64,000 nucleotides of DNA from an uncultured Chloroflexia bacterium (lineage in GTDB: Bacteria; Chloroflexota; Anaerolineae; JAAYZQ01), in the NCBI GenBank assembly GCA_963783445.1, contig CAWANP010000018.1, positions 17,431 to 81,430 on the forward strand, in the 5' to 3' direction. The translations under genes and the position numbers were made by a program. The notes beneath the pieces are model-generated. The model made no database searches, had not been told where the DNA came from, and saw nothing but the letters and a program-made list of their open reading frames with translations. Of this stretch, positions 50,751 to 60,806 are shown piece after piece. How positions within the stretch are numbered: position 1 is the first letter of the stretch; each line of letters opens with the position of its first letter.

Positions 50751-53729
50751 ATGTTTGCCCAAGTCGTTGTCCATCGTCCTACCCACCACCAGCCCCCCGC
50801 GGGCAGTGATCCACTGCGGGGCGATGACTCGCGCCTGCTGACCTACACCTATCGCCTGCCCGAACGCCTGCGGGAAACAGCGAGGGCCGGCCACCTGGTA
50901 CAGGTCCCCCTGCGGACGAGTACTGCCCTGGGTGTAATCACATCCGTGGTAGATGCACCCCCGCCGGAACTCGCGCCAGAGGTTATCCGCGACGTGGCCG
51001 AGATCCTCGATCCCCTGCCCGTAGTCACACCGATCCAGATCAAACTTGCCCGCTGGCTTGCTGATGAGTATCTGGCCCCGCTGGCACAGGCGATGCGATT
51101 GATGCTGCCCCCGGGTCTTGAGGATCGGACCACGATTGTCGTCACCCGGACGGCCACAAAGATTTCCTCGGGCGATCTGACACGCCAGGAGGTCGCGGTC
51201 CTGGAATCGCTGATGGCCAGCCGGGGCCGCATGCGCCAGAGCGCGCTGCTGAGACGGATTCGAGAAGATGACCCTGAGGCAATGCTCCACTCCCTTGCCG
51301 AAAAGGGCTTCGTCGATGCTCGCTACGCCCTGGTTCCACCCAAAGCAGCTCCGCCTCGCGTCCAATACGTCCGCCTTTTGGCCGATGAGGCGGCCATCGA
51401 GGCATCCCTGCCCCGTCTGGGCCACTCCTCAAAGCAGGCTGACGTCCTGCTGGCCTTGGCCCGCTATGTGGATGCACCGCTCACCTTGTCGGAGGTCTGC
51501 GATCTGGCCCAGTGTACCGATGGCCCGATTCGATCCCTGGTAGAGCGAGGATGGGTGCAGATCACGAGGCGTCGCTCGTTGGTGGTGGCCTTGCCAGGGG
51601 CCGAGTCCGCTAGCTTGGACCGGGCCCCCAAACAAGATGCAGCCCTGTCCGTGCTCCTCGACCATGGCGGAACGATGGAGACAGAGGACCTTCGCAGCGA
51701 ATCCGGTGCCTCCACGGCAACCGTGGCTGCGTTGGCCGAGAAGCAGTTGGTCCAGCGTATCACGGAGGGGTCGCTGGTTCTATTGACCCTCTCTCCTGAC
51801 CGGGTGATGGACCGTGTCCTGGAACTACGCAGTGCCAAAGAACATCGCTCCGTGCTGAATGCTCTACGAGGTTCCACTGGCCGCGTGTGGGTGGGGGGTA
51901 TCTATGCCCAGACCGGCGCCGATCTGCGCGTCCTCAGACAGCTCGCAGAGCTCGGCCTCGTCAGCCTGCACGCCCAAGCGTACGACCGTCCTCGCCCCAC
52001 GGGGCCCGAGGCGCCGCTGCGCCTGACGGCTGACCAGGAAGCTGTCCTACGGGAAATAGAGCAGGGGACGAGAGCAGCGGTAGCAGACGGAGGGCCTTTT
52101 GTGGCGCTCCTCCACGGGGTCACCGGTTCGGGCAAGACCGAGATCTATTTGCGGGCCCTGGAAAGCACCCTGGCTGCCGGCCAGCGGGCCATTGTCCTCG
52201 TGCCCGAGATCAGCCTGACGGCCCAGACCGTCCGGCGTTTTGAGGCGCGGTTCCCAGGCCGCGTGGCGGTGCTCCACAGCCAACTGACCCTGGGCCAGCG
52301 CTACGAGGTCTGGGACCAAGTGCGCCGGGGTGATGCCGACGTGGTCATTGGTGCCCGATTGGCCCTTTTTGCTCCCATCTCGCGCTTGGGACTCATCGTA
52401 ATGGACGAGGCGCACGACGATTCGTACAAGCAGGCCGAGCCAATCCCCCTGCCTGCTTACCACGCCCGGCAGGTTGCCCTGGTCTTGGGCCGGCTGACCG
52501 GGGCCGCCGTCCTAATGGGTAGCGCCACGCCTGATCTGACGGCTTATTACCATGCCACTCAGGGAGCCTATCACCTGCTCGAACTCCCCCGCCGTATCCT
52601 GCCTGGCGCCGCCCCCGAGTCTGCCCAAGGAACTGTCAAAGGACGAAAACCGCAACATGCACATGCTCCCCTTCCCCCCGTCCATATTGCAGATCTGCGT
52701 CAGGAGCTTCGTGCCGGCAACCGGAGCATCTTTAGCCGGGCGCTCCAGGAGGCGCTGCGTCGTACCCTGGCCGCAGGCGAGCAGGCCATCCTTTTCCTGA
52801 ACCGGCGAGGGGCTGCTACCTTTGTGCTCTGCCGCGATTGCGGCTACGTGGCCCGTTGCCCCAACTGTGATACCCCCCTCACCTTGCACCGCCTGGCCCA
52901 GCGCTCCTCAGCGCGGGGCCAAGGGGGCTCGGACTCACCGCACCTGGTCTGTCATCATTGCCGGCACTGGGAACCCTCCCCAGCGCGTTGTCCAGACTGT
53001 GGAAGCCGCCACATCCGTCATTTTGGTCTGGGCACCGAGCGGGTAGAAGACGCAGTATGCCAGTTGTATCCGGATGCCCGCCTGCTCCGCTGGGACCGGG
53101 ACACGGCCACCGGTCCTGACCACGAGCAGTTCTTGCAGGCATTTGTGGACCATCGTGCTGATGTGTTGATCGGCACGCAGATGATCGCCAAAGGGCTCGA
53201 CCTGCCCCTGGTTACCCTGGTAGGCGTAGTGTCGGCTGACACGGCGCTCCATCTTCCTGACTATCGTGCCGCCGAGCGTGCGTTTCAGCTCTTGACCCAG
53301 GTGGCAGGGCGAGCAGGGCGTAGCTACCGGGGAGGTCAGGTCATCATTCAGACCTACAACCCCGACCATTATGCGGTCCAATCCGCCGCCCACCACGATT
53401 TTGCAGGCTTCTATCACCGGGAGCTGACCTACCGCCGCCAACTTGGTTACCCTCCCTTCAGCCGCCTGGTAGCCCTGCGCTATAGTGAAAAGGACGCCTA
53501 CCGCTGCCGCGCCGAAGCGGAACGCTTGGGCCGGTGGCTGATAGCCGAGGTCCAGCGTCTCGGCTTGGCCATCGACCTGATCGGCCCTGCTCCTTGCTTT
53601 TTCAGCCGCGTTCAGGACCGCTACCGGTGGCAGATCGTCCTTCGTGGGCGCGATCCCATGCCGCTACTCTCTGACGTGGCGCTGCCGCGGGGCTGGCGAG
53701 TCGATGTGGATCCGGTTAGTCTATTGTGA
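50751..53729 (+). CDS. priA: Primosomal protein N' (PriA helicase)
   Basis: LTYTY, GVTGSGKTEIY, VPEISLT, DEAHD.SYKQ, GSATP, LNRRG, Cys-rich zinc motifs, GTERV, GTQMIAKGLD, QVAGRAGR, VDVDPVSLL. Confidence 0.97.
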   Translation: MFAQVVVHRPTHHQPPAGSDPLRGDDSRLLTYTYRLPERLRETARAGHLVQVPLRTSTALGVITSVVDAPPPELAPEVIRDVAEILDPLPVVTPIQIKLARWLADEYLAPLAQAMRLMLPPGLEDRTTIVVTRTATKISSGDLTRQEVAVLESLMASRGRMRQSALLRRIREDDPEAMLHSLAEKGFVDARYALVPPKAAPPRVQYVRLLADEAAIEASLPRLGHSSKQADVLLALARYVDAPLTLSEVCDLAQCTDGPIRSLVERGWVQITRRRSLVVALPGAESASLDRAPKQDAALSVLLDHGGTMETEDLRSESGASTATVAALAEKQLVQRITEGSLVLLTLSPDRVMDRVLELRSAKEHRSVLNALRGSTGRVWVGGIYAQTGADLRVLRQLAELGLVSLHAQAYDRPRPTGPEAPLRLTADQEAVLREIEQGTRAAVADGGPFVALLHGVTGSGKTEIYLRALESTLAAGQRAIVLVPEISLTAQTVRRFEARFPGRVAVLHSQLTLGQRYEVWDQVRRGDADVVIGARLALFAPISRLGLIVMDEAHDDSYKQAEPIPLPAYHARQVALVLGRLTGAAVLMGSATPDLTAYYHATQGAYHLLELPRRILPGAAPESAQGTVKGRKPQHAHAPLPPVHIADLRQELRAGNRSIFSRALQEALRRTLAAGEQAILFLNRRGAATFVLCRDCGYVARCPNCDTPLTLHRLAQRSSARGQGGSDSPHLVCHHCRHWEPSPARCPDCGSRHIRHFGLGTERVEDAVCQLYPDARLLRWDRDTATGPDHEQFLQAFVDHRADVLIGTQMIAKGLDLPLVTLVGVVSADTALHLPDYRAAERAFQLLTQVAGRAGRSYRGGQVIIQTYNPDHYAVQSAAHHDFAGFYHRELTYRRQLGYPPFSRLVALRYSEKDAYRCRAEAERLGRWLIAEVQRLGLAIDLIGPAPCFFSRVQDRYRWQIVLRGRDPMPLLSDVALPRGWRVDVDPVSLL

Positions 53730-54513
53730 CGAGGACCGAGTACTCTTCCGGTCTTCTGTCGTGGAGGATGTTGTTCCGTGGGGTAATGCCTTTGTCTCTC
53801 GCCAGGGCAATGTCCACGTTCACCAGGCCCACCCTCTCTTCCGACGAGGATGCCTGCAGGAGGACCTCGCCTCTGGGATCGGCAATGGTAGACAGGCCGG
53901 TGAAGGTGAGGTTCGATTCTGTGCCGACTCTGTTGGCTGTCACGACATAGACCCGATTGGTGAGCGCGCGGATAGGGACGGCCTTCTGAGCCAGACCGGG
54001 CAGGACAAGGTTTGATGGGTGGCAAATCAGGTCCGTACCCTTGAGGGCCAGGGCCCGCCATGCCTCGGGGAACAACCAATCAAAACAAACAAGCATGCCG
54101 ACCCGAGCCTGGCCGATGTCGAAAACGGGCAACCCCACGTTGCCGGGCTCAAAGAAATCTTTCTCGTTCATGAATAGATGCAGCTTGCGGTATTTGCCTA
54201 TTATCCCCTGCGGGCCAACGAGTATCGCCGAGTTGTACAAGAGATCACCCTCGCGTTCGTTAAAGCCAGATACGATGTGAAGGTTGTACCGCTGGCACTG
54301 TGATACAAGGAACTGGAGGAACACACTGCCAGTGATAGCCTCCGACGTCGCCCATGCCTGTGCGGGAGACTCAAAGTTGTAGCCCGAATTGCACAACTCG
54401 GGCAAAACGAGCAGATCTGCCCCGGCGCACTGGGGCATGAGATCGTCGAGTCTTTGCATCGTAGCTTGAACGTCGCCCAGGGTTGGAGCAAACTGGACAA
54501 AACCGATTTTCAA
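53716..54513 (-). CDS. Carbon-nitrogen hydrolase (nitrilase superfamily)
   Basis: E-K-C triad: LPELCNSGY, YRKLHL, VCFDWLFPE. Confidence 0.92.
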   Translation of the reverse strand: MKIGFVQFAPTLGDVQATMQRLDDLMPQCAGADLLVLPELCNSGYNFESPAQAWATSEAITGSVFLQFLVSQCQRYNLHIVSGFNEREGDLLYNSAILVGPQGIIGKYRKLHLFMNEKDFFEPGNVGLPVFDIGQARVGMLVCFDWLFPEAWRALALKGTDLICHPSNLVLPGLAQKAVPIRALTNRVYVVTANRVGTESNLTFTGLSTIADPRGEVLLQASSSEERVGLVNVDIALARDKGITPRNNILHDRRPEEYSVLVTID

Positions 54514-54599
54514 TGCAGCCTCCCTGCCGCAGGTTCGTGGCCTGCAGGATCGTAGCCATTATGGCGCAGAGCTGCTGGCGAGGCAATTCATTGGCCCAT

Positions 54600-55232
54600 G
54601 ATCAGCCCTTTTTATCTCCGCTAATAGACACTCGCTCGCAGAGGTTGATACCGTCGGCGGTGCGTCCAGGTTGTGCGCGGCCACATCAGTTGTTGCCTGC
54701 TCGATGGTCTGCGGATCCTCGAGGATGAAGAGATATCAATTCGCGGTAGACCTGATTGTACAGAGCGTCGACTCGTCGTCACGCTGGGGATCGTCCGCGC
54801 TGGCTGCACGTCGCGTTGGATAAACGCTGTCAGCGCTGCGCGGAGCATCTATCGCGCTTTTGTGGCCATGACCGGCAGATCGATGAGCGGTTTGATCAGT
54901 GGTTGCTCGCCGATCATGAGATTGATGCGGGCAATGCCCTTGGCATAGTCACCCATACGTTCCAGCTCGGTGACAATCTCCAAGATGGCGGCTAGCAGGC
55001 GCATGTCGCTGGCCATCGGCTGCTGGGTGGCGATGAGGGTGATAGTATCCTCTTCAATGCGTAGCGCCGTTCGTTAATGATCCGGTCTCCGGCGATGAGC
55101 TTCGGGAGCCTGTGAAATCCCGCTTCTTGAGGGTTTCGACCGACTGGACGAGGGCCTCCTCGACCATGCTGCCCAGAGCCAGTACCTCGTCCTGGAGACG
55201 AGCTAGTTCTTGGTCAAAGCTTGACGCGTCAT
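54600..55232 (-). pseudogene. phoU: Phosphate signalling protein PhoU (copy A), heavily interrupted by indels and one TAG
   Basis: FDQELARLQDEVLALGSMVEEAL, IATQQPMASDMRLLAAILEIVTELERMGDYAKGIARI, DALYNQVYRELI; probably intact in vivo and damaged by assembly errors; end approximate. Confidence 0.75.
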
Positions 55233-55430
55233 ACTCTCTCCTATCATGCAATGGATGTTCCTTACTATACAAGTGGGCTGGGACCTCAGGCATTGGCTCA
55301 TGACTGCGCGTCCATCGAAGACCCTTCGACTGAATGAACACCACCCATTCACTGATGCCAGCCACTTGCTCGGCAGCCCGTCTCAAGCTGTAGGCCGACC
55401 GCGAGAGAAAGATGGCCTGATTGGCGATGC

Positions 55431-55957
55431 GTGGCTTGCTTTTCATTACTTCTAGCAGCTCATGGCGGACCGCTGATAGAAGTTCTCGACCCGATCAGTC
55501 CCGGCGCCAGACAGCCAGGGCCGCACCTACGTCTCTGCTCGTGCAAAGGCCGACAAGCGCCATCGAGCAGCGACTGGACCTCGGTGGCCAAGGCGTATGG
55601 AGGCTGGCAAGCGGCTTGCGCAACTGGTGGTCGGCGGTCAGGCAATTGGCTCGGGCCACGCGCATGCGCGTGGTCGGATATACGCTCCAGTTCAGCGGCT
55701 ATCTCGACCATGGCCACAGAGGCCGAAGATCGCTTGTCCAGCGGGCGCCGGCTGGCAATGAGACTCAGACAGCCCATCTCAATGGCCAGCCGTTCTTGTG
55801 GGCTTGGCGCCCTTCCTCGCCGAGGCGCTCCAGGGAATCCAGGTCGCTGTCGTGCAGAAAGTCTGCTGCCCGATCAGAATGCCTTCGACCAGGCTACCCA
55901 GGCCAGTACATCTTTTTCAAGCTGTCGCAGCTTCTCTTCAGGAATCTGTCCAGCCAT
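55431..55957 (-). pseudogene. phoU: PhoU-like protein (copy B), heavily interrupted
   Basis: LRQLEKDVLA-LGSLVEG, IEMGCLSLIA, EIAAELERISDHA; boundaries approximate. Confidence 0.6.
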
Positions 55958-56006
55958 GATATGATGCCTCATCTATACAAGGGCTCACTGTCTCTCTCCT
56001 TGCCCG

Positions 56007-56045
56007 CCCCCTTCCCCATAGAGAATGAGAGGGAAAGGGTTTGGG
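56007..56045. repeat. Imperfect palindromic REP-like element
   Basis: CCCCCTTCCCC...GAGGGAAAGGG between arsC and phoU. Confidence 0.35.
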
Positions 56046-56079
56046 ACAGAAGAGGAGGAGAATGAAACCACTATCCCTG

Positions 56080-56498
56080 ATCCGATTCACGAGCAGATAC
56101 AAGATCTCGCGACGAATCTCGTCACGCACCCGGCGGAAGACGGCCAATCGCTCCACACTGCTGCCGGTGGCCTTGGCCGGATCCGCAAAGCCGATGTGAC
56201 CTTGCGGCCGCTTGCCCAGCCAGAATGGGCAATCCTCGGCGGCATCGTCACAGACCGTCACCACGAGCATCAAGGTCAGCATTTCGAAACTCATCGATGC
56301 GACTTGCGTTTGCTGGTGGGAGATATCGATGCCCAGTTCCGCCATGGCCTGCACGGCCAGCGGATGCACATAGCCTGCTGGCTCGGTCCCCGCCGAAAAG
56401 GCTTGCCACTCGTCGCCCAGGTAGTGGTTGACCAACCCCTCGCCATCTGGCTGCGGCAGCGAGTTGCCGGTGCAGAGGAACAGCACCTGTTTCTTCAT
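56080..56498 (-). CDS. arsC: Arsenate reductase ArsC (LMW-PTP fold), frameshifted
   Basis: MKKQVLFLCTGNS-CRSQM, AFSAGTEP, AMAELGIDIS, VTVCD.A.E.CP, FADPA, FRRVRDEI; stop not resolved, end approximate. Confidence 0.85.
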
Positions 56499-56509
56499 CG
56501 TCCTTGGCT

Positions 56510-57310
56510 CTAGCCAAACCGCCCGGTGATATAGTCCTCGGTGCGCTGGTCCTTGGGATTGGTGAAGAGCTCGTTGGTCGGGCCATACTCGACCAGGTAT
56601 CCCGCCCGGTCCTCGTCCATCATGAAAAAGGCGGTGTAATCCGAGACCCGGGCGGCCTGCTGCATGTTGTGGGTGACGATGATGATGGTATAGTTCTTGG
56701 CCAGCTCCCGCATCAGTTCCTCGATCTTGAGCGTGGCGATGGGGTCCAGCGCCGAGGCAGGCTCGTCCATGAGGATGATCTCGGGCTTGACGGCGATGGT
56801 GCGGGCGATGCACAGGCGCTGCTGCTGGCCGCCCGACAGGGACAAGCCGCTCTGGTCGAGCTTGTCCTTGACCTCGTCCCACAGGGCGCCTGCCGCAGCG
56901 ACTGCTCGACCAGCTCATCCATATTGCCCTTGAAGCCGTTGATCCGCGCACCCCAGGCCACGTTCTCGTAGATGCGTCTTGGGAAAGGGGTTCGGCTTCT
57001 GAAAGACCATGCCGATGTGGCGGCGCACCTGAACGGGATCGACGTCGTCATCGTAGATGTTCTGGCCGTCGAACAGCACCTCGCCCTCGGCCCATGCGGT
57101 CGGCACCAGCTCGTTCATGCGGTTGAAAGCGCGCAGCATCGTGCTCTTGCCGCAGCCGGACGGGCCGATGATGGCCGTGATCTTGCGGCGTTCGATCTGC
57201 AGGTTGACATCCTTGATGGCCCGAAAGTCGCCATAGTAAACGCTCAGATCGTGCGCCTCGATGGCGTATCTTGCCATTGGTTGTGGGTGGCGTTGTTCGA
57301 TGTCTGTCAT
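56510..57310 (-). CDS. pstB: Phosphate ABC transporter ATP-binding PstB, frameshifts ~56965 and ~56895
   Basis: [69 protein letters not shown]. Confidence 0.95.
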
Positions 57311-59478
57311 CGCATATCTCCTCTTGCTAAAGCGATTGCGCAGGAGCACGGCGTGTAGCATTCAGGGTCAGCAGCAGGACCAGGAGCACGATGATGGCTG
57401 CGGCTGCAATGTTGCGAAACTCGTCCTGGGGGCGAGACGTCCACTGATAGATCTGAATGGGCAGGGTGGTGAATTTGGAGAAGGGGCTGGTGGGATCGAC
57501 AGTGATAAAGGTCGAAGCGCCCACGACCACCAGGGGGGCTGTCTCACCGATGGCCCGCGAGACGGCCAGGATGGTGCCGGTCAGGATGCCGGGCATGGCG
57601 TTGGGCAGGACGTGGGGCCAGATGGTCTGCCATTTGGTCGCGCCCAGGCCATAGCTGGCCTGGCGCAGTGAGTTCGGCACCGGCTCGGATGGCCTCCTGG
57701 GCGTTGATGATGATCAAGGGCAGGATCAGCAGGCCCAACGTCAGCCCGGCGGAGAGAATGGTGCGCCCGTTGGCCGTCGTGGGATCCACCAGGCCAAACA
57801 GCGTGCCGCTGGTGAACGGCTCCAGCAGCTCGAACGAAGACGGCCAGGCCCAACATGCCGTAGATGATGGACGGAACACCGGCCAGGTTGTTGATGTTGG
57901 TCTGGATGAGCCGGTTGATCTGGTTGTCTACTGCGTACTCTTCCAGGTAAATGGCAGCGCCAACGCCTAGAGGGAAACGCAAAGAGCGACTGTGATGAAG
58001 ATGGTCCACAAAGAGCCCAGGATCGCCGTCCGTACGCCCGGCCCTCTCGGGATTGGCCGACTGCGGATTGAGGTGATGAATTTCGGGTTGAGCCAGGACA
58101 CAAAGCTGGACCTCGGCATCCGGGTGCTTTGCGGCTGCCTCGGCCAGAACATCGGAGCGATTAAGGATCGAGCTCAAAGAGTGACCAAGTCTGCACGATC
58201 TCCGGTTCAACGACTCTCTCGACAACCAAGCCGTAGACATCTTCATGGCTACGATCCTCGAAGGGAATCTCGCTCTCAAAGCGGCGGTAGAGGCCCGCGG
58301 AGACGTTGGCCTCGAGGATGGTTCTCAGTGTCTCCTGGGGCAGGTCCGCCAGTTCCTGAGTCAAAGACCGTCTCGGCGAAAAAATCCAGCGTGCCACTGT
58401 CAGCGCCAGGAATATAGCGTTCGATGGGTTCATTGGGCCAAGAGGGATCGACGTCTGACCAGGTTTCAGCGGTCGTGAAGATCTGCCTGAGCTGGTCCGA
58501 CTGATCACTTCCGTCAGGAAATCGTTCTCTTGACTTACGACCACGGCGAGTGCGTCGGTGCCGACACGGAACTCGACGGGCTTCGCGCTTGATCTCTTTG
58601 CAGAGGTCAACCTCTGTGTTTCTTGATGGGCCGGCTGGCGTTGGCGATGTCGGTGTCGCCCTCGACGCAGAAACGGTGGAATACCAGCGCTGCTCCCGAT
58701 GCTTTCAACCTCGACTTTCCCCGAGTAGCCTTCCGCCTGGAAGCGTCCCGCCATTTGTGTCGTCAGCGGATACACGGTCGAACTGCCGGCAGCTATGACC
58801 TCCCCGGACACGCTCTGCGGGACTGATGATGGGCCAGCTCACGGTTTCGGCATCGCCGTGTCAGATCCCCATGGCATTCATCCAGGTGAGCATGGCGGCG
58901 TTCAGCGCGTCCTCACCCAAGGGAAAGTAGCCCACATCTTCGATTTCCTGGTTCACGACGGTCCAGGTAGAAGTTGAGGAACGCCGCGACTTGGGGCTTT
59001 TCCTCCATGACCTCTGCATCTGAATAGAGGAAAAGTGGGCGCGCCAGCCTATATTCGTTCGAGTCTACCGTGTCGGCAGTGGGCGCTACGCCGTCGATGT
59101 CGAGGGACCGCAGCTCATCAGCGCGGTCCTGGTAGTAGGCGTAGCCAAAGTAACCGATGGCATTGGGGCTGGATGCTATCCGGTCGGCCAGTTCGTTGTC
59201 GTCCTCGCTGGACACTGTGTTGGGCGCCGCCAGCATCAGCTCCTTCTGTACCTCCATGACTAGGTCATTGGGCTCGATGCTGTTCTGAGTGGCTACATAG
59301 CGAAAGGCCCCGTAGATGATGTTCAGAATCAGGGCCGCCAGGACGATGATGCCGATGATGGTCGAGGCCTGGAGCACGAGCTGCCAACCCTTTGCCGCGC
59401 GGTGCCTTTTGAGGAAGATTGTCGTGAAAGTACTGGGTCTTGCATCTGAAATACCGATTTCTTGTTGAGGAAGGCCAT
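57311..59478 (-). CDS. pstA: Phosphate ABC permease PstA with a large extracytoplasmic insert containing a PstS-like domain; many frameshifts
   Basis: ATG overlaps the pstC stop (TAATG at 59476-59480); TM1, PBP-like insert, [53 protein letters not shown]. Confidence 0.8.
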
Positions 59479-60680
59479 TATTCGTACACCTCCCGGAATC
59501 GGCGCACGACCCTTTGGCTGATGATGTTGAGCGACAGGGTCATGAAGAACAAGCACCAGGCCGATGGCAAAGATGCTGTTATAGTCAATCGAGTTGTAGC
59601 TGATATCACCGCCGCTGATACGGACAATGTGTCCCGTCATGGTCTCTGCCGCATCAAAGGGGTTAAACGTAAAGTTGGAACCGGCGCCGGCCGCGATGGC
59701 CACGATCATCGTTTCGCCGATGGCGCGGGAGATAGATACGATAAAGGCAGCGGTGATGCCTGAAAGCGCGGCTGGCACCACGACCTTGATGGCCGTCTCC
59801 CACTTGGTAGCGCCCAAGCCATAGGCCGCTTCGCGCAGCGCTCGCGGAACGGCGCTCAGGGCATCCTCGCTCATAGAACTCACCAGAGGCAGGATCAGGA
59901 TGCCGATGACGATACCAGCCGAAGCTGTATTGTAAATCTGAACCGTATCCATACCAAAGATCTTGCGCAGCAGAGGGGTCATAAAGGTCAGGGCAAAATA
60001 ACCATAGACTACTGTGGGAATGCCCGACAAGATCTCCAGAATCGGCTTGAGGATGCTGCGGGCGCGTGGAGAAGCATACTCGCTTAGGTAGATGGCGACA
60101 AACAGGCCTAAGGGTATAGCCACGACCATGGCGATGATGCTGGTCATGAGCGTGGCCGTGACCAGGGGCCAGATGCCAAACTGGCCGATCTGAGGGATTC
60201 CACTTGGTGCCGGTAAAAAACTCGACAAGAGAAACCTTATTGTAGACGAAAGAAATCAGAGCCGGCTTTGTGCGCAACGGCTTCAGTACCACTCAAGCCG
60301 CGCACTACGGTGATCACGTTTCCGTCGAGCATCGACAATCTCCATGATTTCTTCACTAAGGCGAACGCTGTCTCCGACGGACAGCCTCTTGCCAGTTTCT
60401 GGAAGCACCCAGTGAGGTAGTCGCAGCGATCAAGGCCTGCGACTATCTGTTTGTTGGTATCCTCCCACAGCTCCTGGGTGAAGAAATTGAATGATTCCGT
60501 AGTCAATCCGTACACAATGCCAAAGGTAGTAAGAATAGATATGGCGCCGCACAGGAACAGGATACTTTGAATGATGGCTTCTCGAACCCGCGGGCGCTTG
60601 CGCAGGGCAAGCCGGATATCGGAATCTGCAGTAGTGGTTGCAGCGGAGCCTGAAGTTGCCACCGTTATCTCATTTTGCAT
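59478..60680 (-). CDS. pstC: Phosphate ABC permease PstC with a small extracytoplasmic insert; frameshifts
   Basis: [73 protein letters not shown], ends RRFREVYE*. Confidence 0.9.
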
Positions 60681-60751
60681 GCACTTCCTCCACGACGATG
60701 CGGCAGGGCATGTCTGAAGCGCTGCCCTACCGCTCTTGATGCTGTTTAAGC

Positions 60752-60792
60752 CTGGGGCAGGGAGCGAACCTGCCCCAGCCCCAGGGCTGGGG
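60752..60792 (-). promoter_or_regulatory. Stem-loops in the pstS-pstC intergenic region (probable mRNA stabiliser or partial terminator)
   Basis: CTGGGGCAGG-GAGCGAA-CCTGCCCCAG (60752-60778) and overlapping CCCCAGCC/GGCTGGGG (60773-60792). Confidence 0.55.
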
Positions 60793-60806
60793 AAAATGGA
60801 ACCTAA

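Noticed and set aside
56915-57361. Apparent in-frame PstA-PstB fusion (…[18 protein letters not shown]…)
   Set aside because: An AGGAG RBS precedes the pstB ATG and the region is indel-rich, so a lost pstA stop through sequencing error is more likely
58861-58863. Second in-frame TGA (within pstA) as a possible Sec codon
   Set aside because: Falls in a linker with no Cys-type role; the adjacent CACGG/CCGTG hairpin starts immediately after the codon, closer than the 16-37 nt SECIS model; the region is error-dense
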